64,000 bases of DNA. Source: Choristocarpus tenellus KU-1152. Lineage: Eukaryota > Protista > Phaeophyceae. The notes beneath the pieces are model-generated. The model did no database searches and had not been told where the DNA came from. It saw nothing but the letters and a program-made list of their open reading frames with translations. The position numbers and the translations under genes were made by a program. Below are positions 27,401 to 39,883 of the stretch, one piece after another (the stretch's first letter is position 1; each line of letters begins with the position of its first letter). Location: NCBI GenBank assembly GCA_964200185.2, contig CAXNAD020000004.1:2564-66563 (forward strand). The letters are read 5' to 3'.

Positions 27401-30400
27401 TACACTACACTACACTACACTACACTACACTATACTATACTATACTATACTATACTATACTATACTACACTACACTACACTACACTACACTACACTACAC
27501 TATACTATACTATACAATACTATACTATACTATACTATACTATACTGTGCTGTGCTATACCACGCCGAGCAACTACTCTACCTATACAAAATCTAGTCCT
27601 ACAATATTTTAATAATATAATAATATAATAATATAACAATATAATAATATAATAATATTACAATAATATAACAATATAATAATATTACAAAATATAACAA
27701 TATAATAATATTACAATAATATTACAATATAATAATATTACAATAATATAATAATATAACAATACAATAATATAATAATATAACAATATAATAATATAAT
27801 AATATAACAATATAACAATATAATAACATAACAATATAATAATTTTATATAGTACTCGTACAAAGGAAAAAGGACTAGACTAGACTGGACTAGACTATAC
27901 ATTAACTAGGTTAATGTGGTGGGTCACACACGTTGACTAAAATATAAAGGATGAACATTATTTTTCAAATTTTCCTTATCTTCCACTGTTGAAACGTCCT
28001 ATAACCCACCTACCTCTTTCACTACCATAATAATGTACTACAACAGACTACAAGAAACTACACTACAATCAATATGGCACAAAGTACAGTCAATGCAATG
28101 CACCATATACTAGGTACTATTATTATAGAAACTATAATAGTAATCATAATACTACTATTAAAATCAAAATATTTAATAACTGGACTGGACTAGATATCTC
28201 GTACTATGTACTAATATCATGGTAGTGCCAAGTAAAATTCTAGAAAAATTTAGTAACATTTTGGCAAAAAGGATTGTGTACTTGTGACACCAACATAAGA
28301 CATGTATCATGATCCATATCACTTGGCACCTCTCACCTCTGTTGCTATTGTGAAAAGTGAGTCCAATTCCCTTTCTAGCTTCCTCTGCTCTTTGTCGCTC
28401 CTTGATCAAATCATAATCATAATCATAATCATAATCATAATCATAATCACAATCACAATCACAGTCATCATGCAATCATTAAAATCAACACATTGATAAT
28501 AACAAAAGTTAGTAAAAAAAAAAAATGCACACAAAGGTAGTCACCACGCAATCATCAAAGGTACAGTGAGAGAAACTGTCATCAATAAGGACAAGAACAA
28601 ACGGACCAACTGTGATATTGATTAAAAAACTACCGACAGAAAGAACATAATACATAATACAAATAATTGCACTCCCATTGATACAATAAACCACATGGAC
28701 ACAATGCTCTACCTTGGTTGCCAAATAGCAACAGGAGTTATCATTGTTTTTATTATTTCTATTAATATTATTTTTATTATTATTCTTAATAATACCACTA
28801 CTATTATTATTGTTTTATGGCAATGATACCATAACATAGTATTGCTATGATAACAGTTGTAGGACAAGGTGCAATATACTATTCTTAAAATAAAGTACTC
28901 AGAGGTAGTATGAAAGAGACTGATAATTGTTAAATAGTATACAATATCCATACATAGAGTATATATAGAGAGAAAACTATCTATGATGGATACATAAGGT
29001 TGACAACTACAAACCTATCAAGTGAGAGGTTATGTGTAGGGGGTTGATTTAAAGAACATGTACCTCAATATGAATTAATGTTCGGGGGTAGTGACTGAAA
29101 TTGTCATTGTCATCAACACCCACACATGTTAGGGTTAGGGTTAGGGTTAGGGATGGGAACTTCAATAGCCTCAATCCATCAAGCACACCTTCACTGCAGT
29201 GACTGCAGTGTAAATACAATGTATAGTATCTAGCGTCTACATGTTGATATTGGCATTATCAACACCAGGATGCTAACCTTATTTACCTTAGAGATGGCCA
29301 TGGCAAGGTGATCTCTGATTTGAGGGTTAGGGTGTGCATCAATCTGCAATCGAAGGGTATCCGCCTCTGCCTGATGGATGATGGATGATGGGTTATGGAT
29401 GATGGGTTATGGATGATGGGTTATGGGTGATGGGTTATGGATGATGGGTGATGGGCCATGGGTTATGGATGATGGGTGATGGGTTATGGGTTATGGGTGA
29501 TGGGTTATATGACAAGTCAATGGTGTTTCATCAAAATCTCAATCAAAATCTCAATCAATACTTCAATCAATACTTCAAATGTAACCAATACAAGTGAGTG
29601 TGTGTATACTAATAGTAATAGTGATTTGAGGTAATAGTAGTTAGTATATAATATCAATAACAAAACATCAGCAGTGGTGCTGTCGAGTATTGCAAGTCAT
29701 AGTAATAATAGTTAGTATACATGACATGGCCTCATAAAGTACGTAACAGACACATCGCATTTGTACCATTGTCTGTCATGTTATGTTTGTGCCATTGTAC
29801 CATTTTAGAGAGCTATGTTGGATTCTACCAGTGGTGTACTACTACTGAAAAAAACATTGTAGAGATTGATGGTAAAGTTTACCAATATAGTAGTGACTGT
29901 TAATCTCAGTGTATACGTAGTGTATGCACAGTATCATACTAACCCTAACCCTAACCATATACAGAGTATCACACAAACACAACAAACACAGCAGAGCACA
30001 ATACTATCAGTACATCGTATGACTTATTAATACCATATAGCTGTAGTATTAATAATCATACTACCCCTAACCCTAACCACAAAGACGTCCTTGCCAATCT
30101 ACCCCTAACCCTAACCCTTGTACAATTAGAATTAAACTATTGCAGAAAAATCATTCAATCTCAACCTGTTATTGGTGACGAGCAATATATGCTTGCTTCA
30201 CTGCTATTAATATCAATTGTACTATTTATTATGTACTATTGATAGTATTGATATGATAATATAAATATTGACATGATAATAATAGTGTTGATATGATACT
30301 GTAACCCTATGAATACTTCATCAACACTGTAAAAACAAGACCACAACTCCTTGGGTATACTACAAAATGGTGTCAACTAATGTCAGATGGTGGGGTCCTG

Positions 30401-33330
30401 TGTCATGATGTTTGTTTGCACCATTTATCACCATTTATCACCAGAAGATAACTCGATAGAACTGCAGTAAATTAGTATTAATATACTAATATACTAATAT
30501 TAGTACTAATATTAGTATATAATACCATTAGACTAATATTAGTATATAATACCATTAGACTAATATTAGTATATAATACCATTAGTGCTAATATTAGTAT
30601 ATAATACCATTAGTACATCTCAGGATATAATGGCATTTAATAGCACAAGCCATACAAACATACTTAGAGTTAGGATTAGGATTAGGATTAGGATTTCAGG
30701 TCTTGATGGTTAGGGTTAGGTGTGTATGTCCTGACCAATACCACTTAACCAACCCTAACCCTAACCCTAACCATCAACACAACACTGTACAAGCTTACAC
30801 ACATACACTTACACACCAAACTGTAAAAACAATGTATTATTATTATGAATATTATTATTATTACTACTATGATTATTATTGTTATAATTATGATTATTAT
30901 TGGCAATGTGTAAATATCAGGTATTGATAGGGTAAGGATTTCCCTCACCTTGAGAGTCTTGGCTTTATCGTAGTCCTCATCCTCAACAGCCTCCCTCTTG
31001 GCTATCTCCAGTTGTGCCAACTTGCTGCCAAGTGACTTGAGCTGTGTTTCAGCCTCCTTGAGGATCTTGGCAGAATCATAGTCCTGCATTTACATCACAA
31101 ATTACAGTTGGCAATCAATGACAACCAACAACCCTAACCCTAACCCTATAATCATGTAATGATATCAACGACAATGATAATGACAACGACTTACAAACCC
31201 TAACCCTAACCCTAACCCTAACCCTAATCCACAGTCACCACTCCAACATTGACACACAAAAGCAGGGGCAAAGAAAGGGTCATTGGAAGGAAATATAGGT
31301 ATGTCCCATGCCATCAAGACGCAAACAGATTGTTCTTTCTAAGTACCACTTCTAAGTGCCACCTCTAAGTACCACTTCTAAGTACCACTTCTAAGTACCA
31401 CTTCTAAGTACCACTACAAAGCAGCGCTCAAGCATGTTCAACAGAGAGGTGGCTGCTTGCAAGCATAAAATCAAAAATATCAAGTCACACATTGTCTTGT
31501 GATTGGGGGAGGTGCACCAAAGTTGATATAGTGACCTCTAGTCTATGTTCATCAGGCAGGTGTGTTTAGTGGTCTACTGAAGATGGAGTCCTCACATGTT
31601 GCCAATTAGTTGGCGTCGTAGGCATCATCCTGAAAAGAAACAAACAGAATTTAGACATCAGTTCTAAGTACCATAACAACAATAATAATAATAATAATAA
31701 TAATAATACACATTCAACTGATACTGGTAAATAAAAGATCACTATGTACGCTTGTGTTGGATCACTGCATAAGAAAAGGTTGCCTTGAGACTACTACAGG
31801 TTGCTTTCTCTATGGTCTATGAGCACATACGGACCTCTTTGCTTGAGACTACTACAAAGGCGCAATATCTTGGTGCACGTCTTCCCTCCTCTTTGTTGCC
31901 CAATTGTACCCAATTACCCAATTCAGACAAGTAACACAAACCTCGTCAAGTACAGCCGTCTCCTTCGCCGCCGCCAGCTCTCGAATCCTTTGTGCTGTCT
32001 CAGGATCAAAGTTCATGTCAAAGCTTAGGTCATCCAGATCACTGCGCTTGTGTCTACCACGTACCCCTATCCCCCTTTCTGGCCTACCCCCAAGTGTTGG
32101 CAATGGACGAGGACCTGCTCCATATGGTGCCGGTGGGGCATCCAGGGCACCAGGAGGGAGTGTTCCCAGGGCTTCCCCCAGCAGATTAACAGCTATAATG
32201 CCCACCTAGTATTGGGATGAAGAGAGGGATTAAAGGGAGATAAAGAGAGAGAGAGAGATCAAGGGGGGAATCGCGGGAGGCATGGACAAAAAGAAAAGAC
32301 ACTACCTGGTGTCAGACGATATGTACAAAGTGGACATAGGGCTAACCTTTACTTCTTTCCTTGGGGTCTAATCATTTATCGATACATAGTACCAGTTGTT
32401 TAAATCAATCCACCGTCTGTACTCGACAAGCAACAACGACCAGAAATCATAAGAAAGCGGACAGTGCGATGTAGACACTCCAACACAGCTCACAGATGAG
32501 TACACCGCCGTCACCTGGTTGAAAAGGTTTAGTTCGTTGATGTAACACTTGTGCACCAGCACTCTTAAGAATTGCCCTGATGCATTGACATATACGCTCT
32601 TCAGCTCGCGAGCCTGATATTGTGATCGCTCATTACCGTTCAGGCTTAGGTAGCCCAAACGCCGGAACTGGGCCGACTCGTAGCTATGCCCGTGGCCAAC
32701 GAACAGCTCGATTTTAGTGGCGATTTTGCTCTGGTGAGAGAGTATTTGCACCTGGTTTGCAAATGGGACGGAAGAATAAGCAAGGAGCGAGAATCGGGCA
32801 ATGGGTTTTTTAACTGGGGAGTAGTCTTTCCATGCCCTGGAGCGAACAGGTCAAAAGTCCACGCTAGTGGAGAGAATTGGGTTGCAAAACTGAGCATGTT
32901 GAACATTTGAGGGTTTGAAGGTCTTCAGCAACGAATTCCTAGATCTGAGGGCAGGAATGTCTGTTGTACACTCTCTTATCCTTATAATTCCAATACAGTA
33001 TACTGAGGTTTTTCACCTGGGTAATACGAGAAGGAGATGCCCAGGCGAGGCCAAGTTCTTGAGGGTAGTCACAGAACTGTGGACTCTGCCATCCTCTTGT
33101 GTGGGGGCTGAAGAGGAGAGCGAAATAGATTGTGGAACAACGACGAGGAGGATTTATTGCATCAGGTTCCACTTTGTGGGAAGGGTCAGTGTGAACGGGT
33201 GTTGCTTTTGATCCAGTTGTCTAAAAAGAGACTTTCGAGTAGCTTGCCTGTGAACGTTGAGCTCTTCCGCTGGATACTCTGGCTCTTCACCCGAGCAGTA
33301 GCAAACTGCGAATCTGATCTTGGAGCTCAT
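7492..33330 (-). CDS. CEP104: Centrosomal/ciliary-tip protein CEP104 (FAP256 orthologue), ~1007 aa, 19 exons
   Basis: Exons 33330-33248 (GC donor), 33107-33017, 32751-32515, 32205-31942, 31083-30949, 29370-29287, 28400-28337, 26077-25778, 23101-22884, 20348-20259, 18840-18736, 17568-17354, 15855-15705, 13920-13831, 12317-12092, 10842-10618, 9653-9472, 8639-8489, 7604-7492; total 3024 nt in one open frame. Domains: N-terminal jelly-roll (GWQSPQFCDYPQEL, QILSHQSKIATKIEL, RRLGYLSL..NE..ARELKSV), coiled coil (KREAVEDEDYDKAK), TOG (LYSKAWSLRE), C-terminal zinc fingers (CQFCG..DMHYWQHCPML, CPLC..WRAHL..CPRNPR). Boundaries of exons 6-8 are the least certain. Confidence 0.93.
9100..9335. repeat. 22-bp minisatellite (CACACTTTACAACACAACATAC), ~10 copies
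   Basis: Direct tandem copies in a CEP104 intron. Confidence 0.9.
9826..10028. other. Poly-T runs flanking an assembly gap (10 Ns at 9965-9974)
   Basis: N run and homopolymers; flanking sequence is probably low quality. Confidence 0.95.
13468..13587. repeat. 10-bp tandem repeat (GTTGACTAGA)n interrupted by TTAGGGTTAGGG
   Basis: Read directly. Confidence 0.9.
13599..13655. repeat. Perfect 25-bp inverted repeat with 7-nt loop
   Basis: TGTGGTATGGTTAATCACATAGTTC-tttattt-GAACTATGTGATTAACCATACCACA. Confidence 0.95.
16011..16150. repeat. 35-bp minisatellite, 4 copies
   Basis: AAATAATTCACTAATACAGTATACATATCATAGTA repeated. Confidence 0.85.
18966..19142. repeat. Composite AGTAC-based microsatellite (AAGTACAGTACC / AAGTACT)
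   Basis: Read directly. Confidence 0.85.
21753..21995. repeat. 13-bp minisatellite (AATCAACTTGAAA)n, ~19 copies
   Basis: Read directly. Confidence 0.9.
22264..22446. repeat. Composite AT-rich tandem repeat (TTGTAGNTATAA / TTAGTAATAA)
   Basis: Read directly. Confidence 0.85.
24444..24494. repeat. (CTAA)n microsatellite
   Basis: Read directly. Confidence 0.9.
26419..26582. repeat. ~25-bp minisatellite (AAAGATAATAGATACAAGGACAAAA), ~6 copies
   Basis: Read directly; explains the spurious hydrophobic ORFs at 26362-26638. Confidence 0.85.
27250..27842. repeat. (TACAC/TATAC)n pentamer array followed by an AATAT/ACAATAT AT-rich array
   Basis: Read directly; explains the YTTLH ORFs. Confidence 0.9.
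31198..31227. repeat. Interstitial telomere-type array (CCCTAA)5, the longest perfect one of many short arrays
   Basis: Others at about 1586, 3781, 11074, 11601, 15186, 29129 ((TTAGGG)4), 30750, 47624 and 51377. Confidence 0.9.
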
Positions 33331-36300
33331 GCTAAAAGCTTGGAAGAGTTGATACAAAGCGGGTGCATGTGACCAAGTACCACACGGATTTCAAGTACCA
33401 GTTCCTCCCTCATAATTTGAAAATTCGTACGATAATTTTGTTGATTTCGGATCCGTAGTGGACTTACGGGATGTGTAACGAATTTCTTACAATATTAGTA
33501 GTTGATAGATATATTACAATAAAAGACATGAAGGGAAGTTCATCACGTAGAACTCCATATCCATACCCCATCCAAAGTCACAAAATCACGTGTCCTTCAA
33601 CTTCCACCTTCAACCCACCCACTCAACTTTATTGACTGGTTTCGTTTTGGTGGTCTGATTTTGTTACCCCAGTAAAGATGAGCAGTTTTTGTAGGCCCTT
33701 TTCTTTGGAATAATCATACCGCTTGTTGTTGCAAAACGCTCACAACAAAAATCAAAGAATTTCAGTAATGGAAGCTAGTGTACACACCATTAACAGGATA
33801 GGCAACTAGCTATTAACCAAACAAATTACTGTGTGGCATGCCACGCATTTTTAGGAACTTAGATCTAGAACTCAACATATTAATATGTATGCAGCATGTG
33901 TGTAGTATATATTTATGGCTGTTCAAAGCAATTGTTGGGTTGTTGGTTTGAGCACAGCGATAGGATTTAACCATGCAGAAAGAATTGTAGCCATACCACA
34001 CACACGAGTTATTGGGGTACTACAGCCCGCTACTGCACTTTGATCCTCTTGGTTGTGCCCATGACAAGAAGGGAGGAAATTTGTTCGACCACCTGTGGAG
34101 ATTAATCCCATCCAGAGTCGCCTCCTTGACTAAAGGGAATTAAAATATATTCTAGTATGGGAATATTGCAGTTGGCAGGGTTGGTGGCGGCTTAGTCTCC
34201 GGCCAAGGACCCTCTCGCTCACCACGCATGGGGATGGGATGAGAAAAAAAGACAGGCTGGAGGGGGGCTGTGATAGAGGAAATTTGTTTTGGGGACATTT
34301 CAAATATATTCCATATTCTGTAGGAAAAGGGTGAGGTAGAATTCCTTCTTGTTAAAAAACATTAGACAAAGTCAAATAGCATGTTGTCCTACTTGTTGGA
34401 AACTATCACCATCAACCCATCAATATACGGAGTGGTAGTATATTCCCTTGAGATATATTAGGGTTAGGGATTCTTCTGTTTTTTCTTTCAATGTTTGCTG
34501 CAAGAAGGGAACATGTTGGAGTGAACATGATTTTTTTTCTCAATCAAATTTGTTGCAACAACGATGCGCTGCCTCTGCTGAATTCAACACCCCTCTCCAC
34601 AGCAAACAGACAGTAGCATATACTGTGGATAAATAGGTACCCCTCAGGTTGGGTACTGGAGGCCAACTGTGACTTCAGTCTAGCTTCCCACCCTCCATGT
34701 ATATTCCCTCTAGGGTACAGAATTGAGCCCTGCACAAAAAATACTTGAACATTGTTGCACACACACATAGATTTTTGTTCAGCATCCTCCAACACATACC
34801 TTTCAGAAATGCGATCTGACCTTCAGTTAATGGTGGGAGAGTGGAACACCAACTACTCAGCAGGGTCGCATTGCCAATTTCCTCGCCACTCACCGTTGAA
34901 CTTACGAATAACCCTCACCCAGGGTGCCTCGTAGGTATCACCTAATATTGAAGACGATTATGAGGATCAAATATTAGTGGCAAGAGAATTCTGTTGGAGG
35001 CAATCTCTGGTATATTGTAGGAATTGAAGGGCTGTGCTAAAGTATGGAGCCTATTTTCTTCCCTGCTTTACTATTGGGTCCAAAAATAGTTTTGACTGCA
35101 CTAGGCTGAATCTTACATAATATAACGTAAAGCATTACATATGCATGTTGATGTAGGAACCTACTAGCACTTGATACTCGACAAATATGTTCAAACCTTA
35201 GACTATGCTTCATGTGTCTATTGTAATTGTCTGAACATAATCCTGGGGATTGTACCGTCTGTGGTAAGAGGCACCACATACTGCACCACTTCTTATACTT
35301 GATTATCAACTGTTGCACTACGACCAATTACGCTGCCTCTGTTTATGCCTTGAGTGCTGGGTTCAGCACTCCATCCACTTGTTGATATCCACCTCCTTCC
35401 TCAAATCATTGTGCTCGAAGTTTTGTTTGACGATCCCTGCATGATTATTTTGACGCCACAAAATTATTTCTCCTTTGATGATATCAACTTCGAGTGTGCA
35501 CGCCAGCGTTGGCTCTTGGTCTCTAATCTAGATAAAGCGAGTGGTCTCTAATCTAGATAAAGCGAGTGGGCCATGCCCACACAGCTAAATCTTACCAGCA
35601 GAAAAGGAAAATACAAGGGAACAGCAATGCTCACCACCCACTATACACCGATTATTTTGTATATCCAAGTACTTCATTACAATCCTAGGGAATACAATAA
35701 TGGAGGCGGCTATAGACAATAGGATAAGTCACTACACATATTTACATAAAACATGTGTTTGGTTATGTCATTACTCCTACGAGGGAAAGCTCTGTCGTCT
35801 CTGCTATCCATGAGCAACTGTCATGAACGAGACCCACTAACACAAAGGTGTACTATTGTACCCCGAGTGGATTATAGATGATATCACTAATACCGTCCAT
35901 GTGGCTTGGATCCCAACCGGTCCTAAAATTGATACACAAATGATTCAACAGTCAATCCTTGATGTGCCAATCACATTTATGGTCAATGGTAGGAGTTGAC
36001 ATGGACATCTTCTCAACCCGTCCAGCAGTGTGGGGCTCTACATACACACTCGACCATGCGATATCTTCTGTCCTTGGCTATATGCTATCCTTTGCTCCTT
36101 TCAATAGCACAATTGATTCAGTTATTTGTATGTGCTTGTATGTGAAGGAAGGTGGTTGCCTATACCTGTATATTTTATAGGGGGGTGCATATTCTGTGTA
36201 CATTCGCTGTCTGTTGGGTTCTTTTAGTTATCCTTTCCTTGTACAAAATGTAGCACACAACAGAATGATGATGTTGAAATGCTTCCTCTTCTAGATAAAT

Positions 36301-37465
36301 AAGCATGACAGAAAAGAAACAATAGACTAACCGTTGTAATGGCAGTCTAGAGCACTACTTTATTATAATACTAGTCTTTATTACCACTATAAATACGATT
36401 AGGGTAGTAATGGTTCTATTTGTTCAGAGTCAGTAACCTACATAGCAATTTATCAATCATGACAAATACTACACTAGAGACACACTGTTGCCTCGGACTC
36501 AATATGCGGGGATTGTTTGCTTGCTTTCCCATGGCTCTGGCAGCAACTATTGATTTCATACCAAATATATGTTGAATGCTCATATTACAAATGCTACACT
36601 TGTATGACATACTAAGTAGGTCCTAGTCTCACTGACCTCAGCCGTGAAAATCTCATCACTCAACCAACCTCCAGAAAAATGTAATAGTCAACATGTTTGA
36701 GCAGTACTTGATAGTCCTGTAATATTGTGAGAAATAGACAAGTACAACTTGTTGCAATTTGAGAAACTTAAATTGCCTGTTTCACAAGTTATCTATGGTG
36801 AACACCTGACCATTCCAATTGAGAGCTCTACTAATTTCAAGACTGTCACAAATATAGTGTAAGTGAGTCATGGCAGGAAGAGAGGCACAAATATAACTTG
36901 AAATGAGTCGCAAACATCTACAGAATTGGAAAAAAACAAACTCTGGCCTCTTCTAACTGATGTATATACAAGACAAACAAGCATTTAGTTGATCCTCAAT
37001 GAGCCACTATGTAGTATCTACATGAACACTCAACTGCTGTTAAAAGTACTTCGTTCTAACCCGTATCAGCTGTGGCAGAAGATTTAACCATCAAGTCCAA
37101 CAACAACATACAGGATATAGTGGAAGGCAGCATACAAAAACACAACAAGCTTAACATGGAGAGCACTCGACAAGAGCTGTAACCAGATCCTTTTACTAGT
37201 ACACAGGTATGGTAGTAGTGCACCACGACTAATCGATTTGTAATCATTAGCCACCACAACATGTCCTATGGCACCATCAAACAAGTGCCAACATAATAAT
37301 AATAGATGTGAGTCATAAGGTTTACATCAAACTTCATCATGCTTACCGCAAGACACCACCTCTTCCGCCTCAATTCATTATACCCCAAACCCTAGCGACC
37401 CTCCCATCTCCAAACATGAACAAGTAAAAAATACCGTATCCCCTTCCTTTCTACTTGTTCACAAA

Positions 37466-39525
37466 CTAATCCACTTCTACTCCAGTTTCCTGCAGCAGTG
37501 ATGAACCCCCTCCTGTTTGCTGTTGCTCCTTTTGCGCTTGTAACTTTCCAAGAAGATGCTGTATGGTGTGCCTCATAATTGGTTGTCCACCCCGAGTCCG
37601 CTTGGATAATAGTGAATGTTGTCTGCGCCTGGTCTTTTGTCTTTGGTCCTTCTCTTTCTTCTGCTGTTCCTTCTCTTGCTGTTTCTTTTCCACCTCTTGT
37701 CTGCGCTTGTCTGCCTTGGCCTTCAAATACACAAGAGTCAGACAAACCATAGCACCACAAAACACAAACAGCGCTTAACAATACACCCTGTACAAACAGT
37801 AGGGGTGTGCCTGTACTGATAAAAAAGAGTGTAGCAGTGGTACATTACAAACATAATCAAACAAATAGTCATCAGCAGTAGATATGCATTGACGTTATAC
37901 CAGCGATAAAAACAGTGTGAAGGATTAACTGACTGTAGTGTCCAACCGTGAGAGAAACTGATGGCATACAAAATGTTTACCTTCTACAATACCATACCAT
38001 CACCAATAAACCTCAGACGGTCAAACTGACCCACTAACCCTTCTACATCTATTATATTCAGTAGAACTCGCTGATCTCTCCGGAATCGGCGAATCACTGC
38101 ATTCCAGAGTCCATTTCTATCAGAGTTGTGTGAGAAAACTGTTGGGCAATGATCAGGAAGGTAGACTGTCGCCATTGCAATAGTGGAAAGAATACAAACG
38201 AGAACATCACCAAGGGAAATTGCGACTCTCACTCTCACAGAACGTAGCAAAACCACCGTAGACTTACGTCTGCGTTCACTGAGCTATACAACACAGTACT
38301 GTCTTGCCTAACTCATTAAAAACTCCTGAGCCTGCAAAAAAAGAAACAGTCCGGAGTCTTCACCAACAATGAGGGTAGAATGCGTAACCCAATACTCAGT
38401 AGCGTTGATGGATCGAGGATAACAACATTACCCCCATACAACACGGGCCAAATTGCCACCCGTAAAACTTCTCCGTAAACAGCATGCACTCACCTTTGCC
38501 AATCGGAAAGGATCCGGCTTTGTCCGTTTTTTCACTTCACCCCCACCCCATTTGCCATTCATTTTCGCTCTTCCCTTGCTATTGTCCCCCCTCTCATCAC
38601 TTTCCCCCATCACAGGCGTTCCGATGACATCCTCGCGCTTACGCTTCCTCTTTATGGGTGCCCCACATGACTGTTTGGCTTCATGTCCCCCATCCGTCCC
38701 TGTTTCGCCATACGCGCCAGAACCAACCGCCTCCACAGGTGCACCAGGCCCACCCACGGTATCATTAACGTCTTGAGAAAGACCTTCCCTCTTCAGGAGT
38801 TTGGCATATTTTCGCTTCAACTGTGCTTTCTCGAAAAGTTTCCGCTTATTCGCTACATGAAAGCAATTGACAACGGGGTATCAGGTCTCAAGTTTGATGC
38901 TGTACGTAGAAATTTGAAGAGTGCTTGGGTTGCTGATACATTTGGTTGCATTGTGCGGAAGGAGTGGGAAAGGTAGGGGGTACAAGGAAATTCATCCCCC
39001 CTAAGAGATAAGGACAGCCAACAACCGATCAGATCTGGCGAATTTCTGGGATCAAGTTTCTCAGTTTCCTACAATTTCACTCCTCTTACCCTACGCCGCC
39101 CTTCTACTACAGAGATTCCGTTAGGAAACGAACCATAGCATCACCGGTGGGCAGAACCCACTCTCATAGACACTAGAATATATAGCCTGTTTCGTTGCCT
39201 CCACCAAAACTCGGACAACCAACCACTCACAAGATATATCCTGCCAAATTAAGACGATCGCTACCTGCTCTCAGTTCAAGTGACGGGCGAGACTTAAGTA
39301 CGTAAAGCAATTTGTACTTGTCAACCAAGTATACTTCTTGATTCCAAGTTTAAAGGTAAGTTGACAAAAACGAAACCTGTTATATTGGAATGGTAGTTGG
39401 ATGGCAAGGACGAGATGTTGGCAAATACCTTGTTTCTTCTTTATGAGGCCGTTTGCTGCCCCATTCTTCCCGCTCGCAAACCTTTCTAAAGATAGACCGA
39501 CTGGGATATTCTTTCTATGTCCCAT
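37466..39525 (-). CDS. rRNA-processing protein Fyv7/TAP26 (CCDC59)-like, ~236 aa
   Basis: Exons 39525-39429, 38852-38494, 37720-37466 join in frame. Very basic K/R-rich protein with KRKYAKLLKREG, KPDPF, a coiled coil and the C-terminal family signature KRTRGGQPIMRHTIQHLLGKL. Confidence 0.8.
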
Positions 39526-39883
39526 CCTTACCCTCAGCCCTCGTTCTCTTTTGTCAAACCTACTTCCAAGATCAACATACCAAGTTTGAAAGAAACCAAA
39601 ACAAAAAGCCTCCTCAAGCCACACCACACCGTGTCAACTACTTCCTACACAAGAAAATAGGAAGTGAGACCTTACCTAGCCCATGTCATCTAGGTTTGCT
39701 TTCCTAGCACAAGTCGTCTAGGTTTGCGATCCTCGACTCGTCCCTAAACTGTCTCTGTCCCCGCGTTGTAGATCTACGCCTACACTCCTCTTTTCTTGGC
39801 TGTCTCGGCAGCAAGGTCTACTGCTGACTTCACGACTTCAGTATTGCCAAATTGCCATCCAGGCAAAGCTTTTGGACGGAAAG
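39526..39883. promoter_or_regulatory. Probable bidirectional promoter / 5'UTR region between the Fyv7-like gene and ARFRP1
   Basis: Divergent start codons only 358 bp apart in a CpG-retaining zone. Confidence 0.6.

Noticed and set aside
27126-27628. Long ORFs (YTTLH repeats) and similar ORFs at 25070-25341, 26362-26638 and 9786-10037
   Set aside because: They are translations of microsatellites or homopolymers inside CEP104 introns.
38150-38212. Box C/D snoRNA in Fyv7-like intron 2 (minus strand GTGATGT...CTGA)
   Set aside because: Imperfect C box, only a 3-bp terminal stem and no rRNA-complementary guide that I could recognise.
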